Part shown: positions 56,701-64,000 of the stretch, in pieces
Numbering within the stretch: position 1 is the first letter of the stretch
Layout: every line of letters starts with the position of its first letter
Source of the DNA: an uncultured virus (IMG/VR IMGVR_UViG_2687453414_000003)
Taxonomy: Duplodnaviria > Heunggongvirae > Uroviricota > Caudoviricetes
Virus record (IMG/VR): IMGVR_UViG_2687453414_000003
DNA: 64,000 nt
Reading direction: 5' to 3' (one strand)
Notes under the pieces: model-generated
What the model was told of the DNA's origin: nothing
What the model saw: the letters and a program-made list of their open reading frames with translations, nothing else
The model's database searches: none
Made by a program: the position numbers and the translations under genes

Positions 56701-58779
56701 GTCTCCAATGGCGAGTACATCGTTAAGGCGTCATCTGTTTCGAAATACGGTCTCGGACTGTTGCATTCGATCAATGATGGGGAATTGCCTCGGTTTGACG
56801 AGGGCGGGCCGGTCATGGTCGGACCTAAGCAGCCTTATCAACCGGTGGATCGGACGGTTGTTCCGAATCCTGGTCCCGCTGCGGGCAATTATGCAAAGGA
56901 CTGGTACGGGACTAAGCCTGCTCCGGGTGTTGCGGCTACGCCCGCTCCTACCCCAATGCCGGATATGTCTAACCCTGGTTTGTACAACCCGGCTACGGGC
57001 TCGTATACCGCGTTGCCGGATGGGTTGGGCGACAGGGGTGTTGGTACTGGCGCGAACGTTCCGCAGGTTCCTACCGCTGTTGAGACTCGGCACGGTTTGG
57101 GTATCGCTGTACCTGGCGGTAGCCAGTATTCGGCGTTGCCTGGACCCGACATGGGTGCACAGGTGCCGCAGAACACGTTGGTGCCACAACAGCAGTTGGG
57201 CCTGGCATCTCTGCCGGAGAACTTGCAGCCAGTCAACATCCTTAGCCAGCTCGGCGAGATTCTGTTGCAGTTCGTTGCGGGATTCTTTGGCATTGACCTG
57301 TCGTACTTCAACGCGTTTAAGTCAGGGCTTAGTGGCGTCACTCATCGAATAGCACCGGGTCAGGCGGCTAACCCCGAGGCGCAGGCGCTACAGAACCTAG
57401 CTCCTAATCCGTTGGCGGGTAGTACATCTGCACTGCTTGAGGGCGGTACGGCGCAGGCTATGTCAGCGCAACCGGCTGCGGCACGTGCGGCGGCTATGGC
57501 CGAGTCGATGGCCGGCAAGCCTTACACGTGGGGCGGCTCAACGCTGGACGGCACGGATTGCTCTGGCTTGGTGATGTATGTCGCGGATGCCTATACCGGT
57601 AAGCAGTTCTCGGGGCGTTCTGGCGGTACCGGCACCGAGGGTGACACGCTGCGCGCTAAGGGCGCGGTGATCATTTCGGACCCGTCGCAAGCTCCAGCGG
57701 GAACTCTGCGGATTGGCTGGAATGGCAGTCACACGGCGGGTACGTTGCCCGATGGCCGGAATTTTGAGGCGTCCACATTCGGTAAGCCGATCGCGGTTGG
57801 GTCGGGGGCGCAGGGCTATAACGCAAGCGCCTTCACTAACTGGGCGTACTTCCCGGCTGGTTATGCGGCTGGCGGTTTGTTGTCCGGCCCTGGCACTGGC
57901 ACGTCTGATTCGATGCTTGCGCGGGTTTCTAACGGCGAGTTCATCGTTAAGGCGTCGTCTGTGTCCAAGTATGGGGCTGGGATGCTCCATGCGCTGAATG
58001 AGGGCAAGTTGCCTCGTTTCGACGAGGGCGGGCCGGTCCTTATTCCTGGGATGGTTGCCCCGGCTCCACAGGCTGCCCCGCAGCCGATTCCTGATCCGCA
58101 AGGGCCACAGGCCCAGCAGGCTCAACAGTCGGCGCAGGCGCAAGCTCAGAGCCAGCAGGGTGCGCAGGCGGCTACTCAGTCGCAGGCCCCGCAGACCGAT
58201 ACGGCGGTACAGACCGTTGGGGACGCTATGTCTGGTATCGGAAATGCGTTGAGCGGTGTTGGGGGTGGCGGTTCGTCGCCGGGTGCCGAGGCTCCGGAGG
58301 GGGCTACGGCTGAGCAGGACCCGCGTTCGATCTTGGGTGCCGCGCCTACTAATCAGGATCACAATGCGCCTTGGCTTACTAAGGGTATTCAGGGCGCGGC
58401 GTCAACGATTGGTAGTGCGTTGTCTACCGCGATTTCGGCTGCCGGTTCTGTGGCTGGTGCTGGCGCTCCGGGTGCTGGAGCTGGCGCGAGTGCGGCGGGG
58501 TCGATGGCGGCTGCGGGTGCGCAGATCGCGGGCCAGGTGGCCTCTGGTGCGGTCAACATTTTGTCGAGCTTGATGGTTGGCACGTTGACCGGTGGAACTA
58601 CTCAGGGCGCTTATGGCGCTCCGGTGTTGCCTGGTCCTCCGCAGTCTTCGGGCGGTCAGGGTGGGCCGGGAATTGTCAACAATTACGGCGACATTCATAC
58701 GGCGAACTATGACGAGTTCTACAAGGGCCAGCAGCGCCGCGAGGCTCAGCAGCAGGCACCGCTTTTGCCTATGCGATAA
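53782..58779 (+). CDS. Tape measure protein with NlpC/P60-like domain
   Basis: 1665 aa, Ala/Gly-rich; PYTWGG..DCSGLV..HT. Confidence 0.95.
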   Translation: MAAEFVAAQASVHIVPSLKDFRSRLRAQLATVEQSVSVEVKAQTAKALAEIKAAKELAERDPIDLQVKLRFDAKKPLTEIRHIYQDLKADMLKGLKLNIMVAGATQLSQLGVALAALNTSVVELGQSALLLPGIFSGVASSVGALAVGTRGVTDAFKAYSNAQKDSADAARQQVQANRNVADATLQLDRAVKDAKRNLEDLNSQLRDAPLDEAEAVLNVQEARQEAAKTFGKSALQMQRDNLNVQKSEARLAETRRRNARLIDDVAEANAKGVRNSDNVVAALNRLSTASEEAGESSGALKEWQDAMGRLSPEARNFVTQLTSMSGQWDVLRQSVQDGLFAGLGDDVRQLGEVGLPVLNRGLTSIASGINSNLKTAIASLRQGSNLSMIESVFGSTADAQRRLDGAINPMVDAFLRLSTVGASHLPRLATAFGDVMRRFDTFIKRASADGSLDRWISRGEKSLKDLGNSLINIGSIMNTISDIFVGSNGKGLLASLESGTKRLSDYLKTVEGHNKVRQFFLDARAEFERWKPVLSDVWAIIRNVKDGVMAWGGTVLPVLRTVSQLLAGVPGLAAAITYAILGWRTLSPVFQGVNKALGLIDMDFRNVVKSVGEGKGFTGKLRVLANVLGTGGALAVASVAAGGILYTLADKQDMAATKASRHADEIRRLRSELNNLTGELTNQGLIDKLNALGEYKPESGWRGESIDIPKQAEKVGIDRNKLGQILTPRQEAARNAELGRLDKITEGALTGTDYWKKNHEAFEKVGISSDVLARALGGDQQAIDKFNAAFAAGQIPGGGPASLHPDSYTLADIQQGANRMGKRVLPGLGDQAQSASQVAGAVRSNVAGSNEVSNDIRKNNAAAGGGEVTLKPDNPFRGLNVDKAYRDPVRGGGAVVLNTPFAQLPEQLVKDVEANSGTVEPLDGGLRSQVTMNRDRFELYAGGKPFGPYVGAHKAGGFLSGPGTGTSDSMLARVSNGEYIVKASSVSKYGLGLLHSINDGELPRFDEGGPVMVGPKQPYQPVDRTVVPNPGPAAGNYAKDWYGTKPAPGVAATPAPTPMPDMSNPGLYNPATGSYTALPDGLGDRGVGTGANVPQVPTAVETRHGLGIAVPGGSQYSALPGPDMGAQVPQNTLVPQQQLGLASLPENLQPVNILSQLGEILLQFVAGFFGIDLSYFNAFKSGLSGVTHRIAPGQAANPEAQALQNLAPNPLAGSTSALLEGGTAQAMSAQPAAARAAAMAESMAGKPYTWGGSTLDGTDCSGLVMYVADAYTGKQFSGRSGGTGTEGDTLRAKGAVIISDPSQAPAGTLRIGWNGSHTAGTLPDGRNFEASTFGKPIAVGSGAQGYNASAFTNWAYFPAGYAAGGLLSGPGTGTSDSMLARVSNGEFIVKASSVSKYGAGMLHALNEGKLPRFDEGGPVLIPGMVAPAPQAAPQPIPDPQGPQAQQAQQSAQAQAQSQQGAQAATQSQAPQTDTAVQTVGDAMSGIGNALSGVGGGGSSPGAEAPEGATAEQDPRSILGAAPTNQDHNAPWLTKGIQGAASTIGSALSTAISAAGSVAGAGAPGAGAGASAAGSMAAAGAQIAGQVASGAVNILSSLMVGTLTGGTTQGAYGAPVLPGPPQSSGGQGGPGIVNNYGDIHTANYDEFYKGQQRREAQQQAPLLPMR

Positions 58780-58800
58780 CTGAATAACTAATCACGGGGA

Positions 58801-58835
58801 GACCCCGCCTGGCTTCGGTTGGGCGGGGTTTTCTT
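58801..58835 (+). terminator. Intrinsic terminator after tape measure
   Basis: GACCCCGCCTGGC-TTCG-GTTGGGCGGGGTT-TTCTT. Confidence 0.8.
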
Positions 58836-58857
58836 GTGGGGGAGACAACTAAATAGA

Positions 58858-59739
58858 GTGACCGATTTCCTGAAAATTGAATTGACGGGGCGGGACGGTT
58901 CGCATTGGGTGCTGTCCGGTCCTGGTATGGGGAAGCAGGGGGTGACCCTTTCCCCAAATTTGCAGCAGTTCTACGACGCTCCCGTTAAGACGATGTATGT
59001 TCCGGGGCCTTTTGGTGAGGAATACGCAGGTAAACGTGTTCAGCGGCGAGAGATTGTTTTCTCTGTCCAGGCGTGGGATGAAGACCCTGATACGTGGGCG
59101 TCAGTTGATTCTGCATGGCGGTGGGCCTGGGATTACGACGAGCAGTCAACGCTAAGGGTTACTACTAGCGATGGCACGCGTTATTTGAACGTGCGGCTAA
59201 TGGAGGAACCTAAGCCGTACTACGAAAAAGATCCGCATATTACAGCGGATAACCCAATTGTCATGACGGTTACCTCGACGTTTCCGTATTGGCAGGAGGA
59301 GCCTAAGGAATATATCTGGGAAACGCTGCATACGCAGGATTTGACGACTTTCCCGGTTCGGAATGACGGCGATGTGCCGGTGTGGTTGCGGTGGGTTCTT
59401 ACCGCTCCTGGCCGCTGGATTCTGCCGGATTTTTCTTGGGCGAACGATATGTATTCGCGCGGGCTTGAGGATTTGGGCCGCACCGTTCCGTTGCCGAGTT
59501 TGGTTGCGGGCGAGCATGTTTCGGCTGACTCCGATCCGCGTGTTCAGACACTTATTTCTGCTAACGGAATGCCTACTCAGCACCGCTGGAAAGGCAATGA
59601 CCTGCTGTATCCGCTTATGCCGGGTAAGGGCGGGGACATCCCAGTGCAGTTGAAGGATGCGCCGCAGGGTGGGGCTTGCAAATTGACTGTCCCGCGCTGG
59701 TTTTCGCGTCCGTGGTCGCGGCCGGGGGTGACGTTGTGA
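58858..59739 (+). CDS. Minor tail protein (Dit-like)
   Basis: First gene after tape measure; G.DGS.W.L.G, NDGDVPVW. Confidence 0.85.
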   Translation: MTDFLKIELTGRDGSHWVLSGPGMGKQGVTLSPNLQQFYDAPVKTMYVPGPFGEEYAGKRVQRREIVFSVQAWDEDPDTWASVDSAWRWAWDYDEQSTLRVTTSDGTRYLNVRLMEEPKPYYEKDPHITADNPIVMTVTSTFPYWQEEPKEYIWETLHTQDLTTFPVRNDGDVPVWLRWVLTAPGRWILPDFSWANDMYSRGLEDLGRTVPLPSLVAGEHVSADSDPRVQTLISANGMPTQHRWKGNDLLYPLMPGKGGDIPVQLKDAPQGGACKLTVPRWFSRPWSRPGVTL

Positions 59740-61499
59740 GCAGCTGGGTAGAGCTGATGTCGGAGCACGGTAACGATCCGTGGAAGGCGTTTAAGGCCGT
59801 TGAGGCTAAGGCCGAAGCCGAGAGGGCACGGCATCACGCGTTTAGGCGCGCTAAGCCGCTTATCCGGTTCTGGATGAATGACCCGACCGGCGCTCCCGGC
59901 CTGGTGTATGTGGGCCGCGTCGATTACGACGACTCGATTAGAGGTTCATTCCCGTTCAAGAACAACACACCCACTCAGGGTGTTTTGGAATTGCGAGATG
60001 ACCACTACATGTCGATGTGGTTGAAGCGGCTTCCGAATGATCCTGAATATAAGAAGAACGTCGTTATTACGGTGGACTTCTACGGCGGTAAAAAGCGCTG
60101 GTCAGGGCTCTTGGACCATTGGACGGTTAAGGGTAAAGATCACGTCAAATATTTGGAAGTCACCTTTAATGACGACCTAACGCATTTGCAATATCTGCTC
60201 GCACCTCCAAATCCATTGTTGCCAATCCCTTTATTCCAATTCCCTCGCATTTTCGCGCTTGCTGGACCCGCAAAATGGTGTATTTCCGCCCTAATTTTTA
60301 TAAATCTATTTCGCGTAGAGGGCCATCCGTTCACACTGCCCGATGATCCATTCGACTTACGCTCCTGGGCGACGACGATTGACTGGTCATTGTGGCAGAC
60401 GCACATTAAGTGCAGTCCATGGCTGCTAGACGATTCGACATTGTGGACGTTCTTGTCTGCCCGCATGAATCCGATCGATTCTGTCATCGCTGACTCTCTG
60501 GACGATGCGCAGTTGACGATGACTTATCGGCGTGTTCTGTCTGATGAGGGCGAGACGGTCGAGGGGCTTATTAGTGCCCCTACGGGGCATGTCGCTAACG
60601 GGGCCTTGGTGTTCGAGGTTGTTGACAACTCGAATGCAACTGCGCTTGAGGGCACGTTTTTTCAGGGCACGATCCTGGATGGATTCGTGCGCTCGGTTAT
60701 CACCTATGGCGGCGGGTTTATTGAGGACACGCTGAGCGTGGTTAGTGATGACCAGACGTTACAGCCTGACGAGTATTACCAGACTGGCTGGTTGGCGACC
60801 ATGGCGAAAATGCCTTGGTTGGTTGTTCGCGATAACGAGTGGACGCCTATCGAGTCGAGCGATTTGTCGTGGGGGCCTGCAAAGAACGTATCGGTTGTTG
60901 TTGGTGGCGATAATCCGGCGGCAGATGCTATCGCGAAACTAGTGATCGAAACTGTTGGGAATCTTCTCGGATATTTCTTGCTGGGCGGCTTCTCCAGTGC
61001 GGGAAATATCGCGGCCGATGTGATCATGCCATTCATTGTCGGCACCATTGCGGCGTGGCTTGAATGGAAAAACACTGGCCGTGCGACTCAGCTTGGCTGG
61101 GTTCATTACATGGAGCTGTACCAGCAAGGCGCTGAGAACAACTCTTGGTCTCTATCGGCGCTTGCTGCACTGCGAGGCGGGTTCCTTGTGGGCCGTTCCG
61201 AGACCACGCATCTAATGGCCCTGCATGACTCGTGGATTATCCCCGGTCTGCATATCGATATTGGGCAGCGGCTCGGTTCAACTGTCCAGTCTAAGGGAAT
61301 TGAGCACATTATTTGGGTTAACCAATTGGAGGAAATGACGGCGGCGTGGGATCACTCAGACGGTAAGCATCCGCTTTCGTGGGTGTTGAAAGCCGGTAAG
61401 TCTGATCGCGCTATGTCAGTCGGTGAGCGTATGGCTCGGTTGGCTAAAAAAATGAGTGAGGCTCTGAACAACGTGGGTGTCCATTTGGTTCAGAGTTAA
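59736..61499 (+). CDS. Minor tail protein (baseplate hub-like)
   Basis: RWSG, PNP.LP...QFPR motifs. Confidence 0.85.
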   Translation: MSSWVELMSEHGNDPWKAFKAVEAKAEAERARHHAFRRAKPLIRFWMNDPTGAPGLVYVGRVDYDDSIRGSFPFKNNTPTQGVLELRDDHYMSMWLKRLPNDPEYKKNVVITVDFYGGKKRWSGLLDHWTVKGKDHVKYLEVTFNDDLTHLQYLLAPPNPLLPIPLFQFPRIFALAGPAKWCISALIFINLFRVEGHPFTLPDDPFDLRSWATTIDWSLWQTHIKCSPWLLDDSTLWTFLSARMNPIDSVIADSLDDAQLTMTYRRVLSDEGETVEGLISAPTGHVANGALVFEVVDNSNATALEGTFFQGTILDGFVRSVITYGGGFIEDTLSVVSDDQTLQPDEYYQTGWLATMAKMPWLVVRDNEWTPIESSDLSWGPAKNVSVVVGGDNPAADAIAKLVIETVGNLLGYFLLGGFSSAGNIAADVIMPFIVGTIAAWLEWKNTGRATQLGWVHYMELYQQGAENNSWSLSALAALRGGFLVGRSETTHLMALHDSWIIPGLHIDIGQRLGSTVQSKGIEHIIWVNQLEEMTAAWDHSDGKHPLSWVLKAGKSDRAMSVGERMARLAKKMSEALNNVGVHLVQS

Positions 61500-61520
61500 G
61501 TAAATGGGGGAAATAAATTA

Positions 61521-61970
61521 ATGGCTAAGACTCAGGCAGAGTCCGATATGGATGATCCGCAGGAGGCTTTCGCATGGATGTTCGCGGCGGGCATTCCTGA
61601 TCCGCGAGGGGGCGGGGGCAAGTTCCCTAATCAGCCACTAGTGCCGCCACCGTGTTGGCCGGCGCTTTCTCAGATGTTGTGGGACTTCGGGTGTCGGTTC
61701 CATGCGGACAAGCAGACTAAATGGATTGAGCAGGCTGGGGGGCCGCTAAGCAACTTTTCTGTTGGGCGGCTTTCAGATTCGCGTCCGGAAGAGGTTGTTG
61801 CGGACGTGGCCGCGATGGCTGTTGATCAGTTTCCGGCGATTGCGGCCGAGGTGGCGGCGGTACAGCCAGGGGATCACGAGAAGGCGATTAAGGAGTTTGA
61901 GGGGCGGCTGCTGGATAGCGTCTCGCGGCTTAGCGCCGCGCGTGAGCGTTTGGAGAGGGGGGATCTCTAA
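61521..61970 (+). CDS. DUF2744-like minor tail protein
   Basis: DDPQEAFAW...SQ.LWDFG.R. Confidence 0.75.
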   Translation: MAKTQAESDMDDPQEAFAWMFAAGIPDPRGGGGKFPNQPLVPPPCWPALSQMLWDFGCRFHADKQTKWIEQAGGPLSNFSVGRLSDSRPEEVVADVAAMAVDQFPAIAAEVAAVQPGDHEKAIKEFEGRLLDSVSRLSAARERLERGDL

Positions 61971-63433
61971 TGACTATGCCTAGCGGTGTTGCCGGTTTGG
62001 ATGCTGGCGGCTGGCTTGCTAATTGGGTCGATGGCAAGGGGAATGCCCCCGATTTGTCAGGTTTGGCGGGGCGGACGCGGGATAACGTCACGGACTACTA
62101 CCGCAACCAGGTTCAGGGTGAAACATCTTGGCAGCAAGCATCTTTGACGTTCTTCACCAATATCTTGCACGGGTTTCGGGATCTTGGGCAGTTCATCACG
62201 CTTATTACTAAGGCGATTACGGGGCAGTCGGGCGGCCTAGCTGAGCTTGCCGCGTTTGTGACTCAGCGTTGGAATGACCTTGCGACGGCGTTTGAGAAGG
62301 CGGTCGATTCATTCTTGGGGTTGGGCTGGCTGCGGGATGCACTGACGGGTATTACTGGTTCGACTGATCACCAGGTGATTGACTGGATTGGTCAGTTGTT
62401 GACTGCTGCATCGCATTTGGACGCGGGCAAGGTTATTGGTCTGTTGGCGGCTGCGGTGATTCCGGGCCTGGATGCGTCAAAGATCGTCTCTGGTCAGTTT
62501 GCGCAGTCGATGGTCGCTGGGCTTGCGAATGCTCTTTCCAATCTTGTTGACGGATTGACGAAGGTTGGCGCTGACCTCGGCTCTGTCATTAAGGGCTTGT
62601 TTGACGGTTGGTTCGGCGGTGGCGGTACGGGTACCCCGCAAGAGGTCCAGTACACCATTCAGGCGATTAAGGATGCGGTAGTCAACGGCTACACCGTGAG
62701 GACGTTTACGTCGTCGGAGGTGAACTGGGCTAAGCCGCAATGTACCGAGATGGTGGCCGTGTTGATTGGCGGTGGCCAGAACGGTCCCGAGGGTGTCGAT
62801 GGGCCTCAGGGGCCGGGGTCGCCTGGCGGTCTGCATGGCTCTTACATTGTTCAGCAGTTGGTGGTTGCCGACCTCCCGGCTGCGTTTGATGTGCAGGTTG
62901 GTACGGCGGGGAACCGTTCGTATGTGCGGGTGGCCAACGGGTCTCATACGGGGGCCGTGATTGTCGAATCGGGTCCACACGGTTCGTTGGGTGGTACCGC
63001 AACGACATTCGGGTATGCCGGTACTGCGTCTCAGCCGGGAAGTGGCGGGTTTGGTGCCGCTGGCGGCAACACCATTGGTGGCCGTGAGGAGACTCCAGGT
63101 GGTCCGGGTGCGCCAAGCACCGCGGCGGCGGGTGGAACGGCTGGTGCTGCGGGTAAGGACGCCAATAGTGGCGGCGATGGCGGCGCGGGCGGGAACGTTT
63201 CGGCTGGTGCGCTGACCAAGTGTGGCGGCGGCGGCGGCGGCGGCGGTGGCCGTGGCGGCGGTGGTGCGGCATTTCAGCGGGCCGGTAACGGTGGCCGTGG
63301 CGGTCCTGGCGGCTATCCCGGTGGTGGTGGCGGTGCCGGTGGCGGGCGCGGAATGAACGCGACGTATGGCAATGGCAATCAAGGGCCTGGTGGCCCCGGC
63401 GCGGCCGGGGTTGTGTGGTTGTTCTACAGGTAA
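61970..63433 (+). CDS. Minor tail protein with Gly-rich C-terminus
   Basis: IPGLDASKI repeat; GGGGG-rich domain. Confidence 0.85.
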   Translation: MTMPSGVAGLDAGGWLANWVDGKGNAPDLSGLAGRTRDNVTDYYRNQVQGETSWQQASLTFFTNILHGFRDLGQFITLITKAITGQSGGLAELAAFVTQRWNDLATAFEKAVDSFLGLGWLRDALTGITGSTDHQVIDWIGQLLTAASHLDAGKVIGLLAAAVIPGLDASKIVSGQFAQSMVAGLANALSNLVDGLTKVGADLGSVIKGLFDGWFGGGGTGTPQEVQYTIQAIKDAVVNGYTVRTFTSSEVNWAKPQCTEMVAVLIGGGQNGPEGVDGPQGPGSPGGLHGSYIVQQLVVADLPAAFDVQVGTAGNRSYVRVANGSHTGAVIVESGPHGSLGGTATTFGYAGTASQPGSGGFGAAGGNTIGGREETPGGPGAPSTAAAGGTAGAAGKDANSGGDGGAGGNVSAGALTKCGGGGGGGGGRGGGGAAFQRAGNGGRGGPGGYPGGGGGAGGGRGMNATYGNGNQGPGGPGAAGVVWLFYR

Positions 63434-63443
63434 AGGGGGTTTG

Positions 63444-63770
63444 ATGGCTACGGCTGAATTGGTGGCGCGAATGTTGCCGCAGTTCTGTCCTACGACGAAT
63501 CACTACAAGTGCTCGGACGGCAAGTATTTGCTTGTGACCAAGCCTACGTTGGATTCTGTTGGCACACTTAAGAAGACGTTGGGTCTAACAGTGCCCGTTG
63601 CGGCGTCGCACTTGCCGCCGAATGTTGATGTGTTTTTGTCCAACGCGGACGCGGAGGTTGTGGATGCGGACGGCGATCCTACTAACGGACTAACGCCCAT
63701 TGCGCGTCTTGTAGCTGATAGTCACGCAGCCGCGTTGGCTTCGCTCGGTTACTCGCTTAAGGGGGAGTAG
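63444..63770 (+). CDS. Hypothetical tail-region protein
   Basis: CPTTNHYKCSDG...H.AAL..LGY. Confidence 0.65.
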   Translation: MATAELVARMLPQFCPTTNHYKCSDGKYLLVTKPTLDSVGTLKKTLGLTVPVAASHLPPNVDVFLSNADAEVVDADGDPTNGLTPIARLVADSHAAALASLGYSLKGE

Positions 63771-64000
63771 GTGGCCGAGGACGTATATATGCGTGGGGCT
63801 GTTAAGGCTTGTGACTCGGCGGTTGCTATCAAGCGTGAGGACAGTTCGGGGCCTACGTCGTGGGCGGTAATGACTATTGATAATGGCGGGCATTATGGCT
63901 CGTTTGACGAAGTTGCGGATTGGGAGGACCGATGAACCGAATTTATGAATTGCGGGTGCGGTTGTCTGTGGGCTGGTGGCTTGTTAAGACCCGTATTCGA

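Larger units (their letters stand above)
1..64000. mobile_element. Temperate mycobacteriophage (siphovirus) in prophage gene order, incomplete at the right end
   Basis: Integrase-repressor-cro-xis, replication genes, tRNA cluster and a head-tail module in canonical order; no host housekeeping genes. Confidence 0.95.

Noticed and set aside
63223..63350. GGC microsatellite
   Set aside because: Poly-Gly codons of the minor tail protein
45647..63503. Long minus-strand ORFs opposite virion genes (e.g. 45647-46684, 54130-55053, 62477-63382)
   Set aside because: Shadow frames of GC-rich coding DNA with no motifs
1..64000. Diversity-generating retroelement, retron, intron or intein
   Set aside because: No reverse-transcriptase motifs or TR/VR pair; DnaB, terminase parts and ligase are normal length

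Overview
The window is about 64 kb of a temperate siphovirus-type mycobacteriophage in prophage gene order. The host is probably a fast-growing Mycobacterium/Mycobacteroides, inferred from the WhiB, LppU-like and mycobacteriophage-type virion genes. It starts at a tyrosine integrase; the att site and lysis cassette are outside the window. Order: integrase, membrane protein, repressor/Cro/Xis switch (1-3.1 kb). Rightward early/middle region (3.1-30 kb) with phosphoesterase, LexA-like HTH, SPFH-like lipoprotein, DUF2828/VWA protein, exonuclease + ERF, DnaB, PRPP-synthetase-like + NAMPT-like pair (NARP1-like), PNK, RusA, WhiB, antirepressor, SSB, RNA ligase, DnaQ-like nuclease and HNHs. A cluster of 20 tRNA genes (30.0-35.9 kb) interleaved with accessory ORFs. 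A leftward operon (35.9-42.9 kb) with a MoxR-like AAA ATPase and partner. A probable genome-end region, then the virion module with a split large terminase, portal, capsid, tail, frameshifted chaperone, tape measure and minor tails. Best candidate for an undescribed system: the DUF2828/VWA gene (Ro60/TROVE-like architecture) is followed by three 52-60-nt stem-loop units with fully covarying 7-bp stems and an invariant CAGCAAT motif, closed by an intrinsic terminator. This looks like a protein plus small-RNA array. Also notable: three tandem structured ncRNAs including a tRNA mimic (3.7-4.04 kb), a TGTACA-N5-TGTACA operator/promoter regulon, two 8/4-type tRNA-Ser genes, and antisense mini-ORFs ending at tRNA 3' ends. 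All family calls come from motif recognition by eye; no database search was run.
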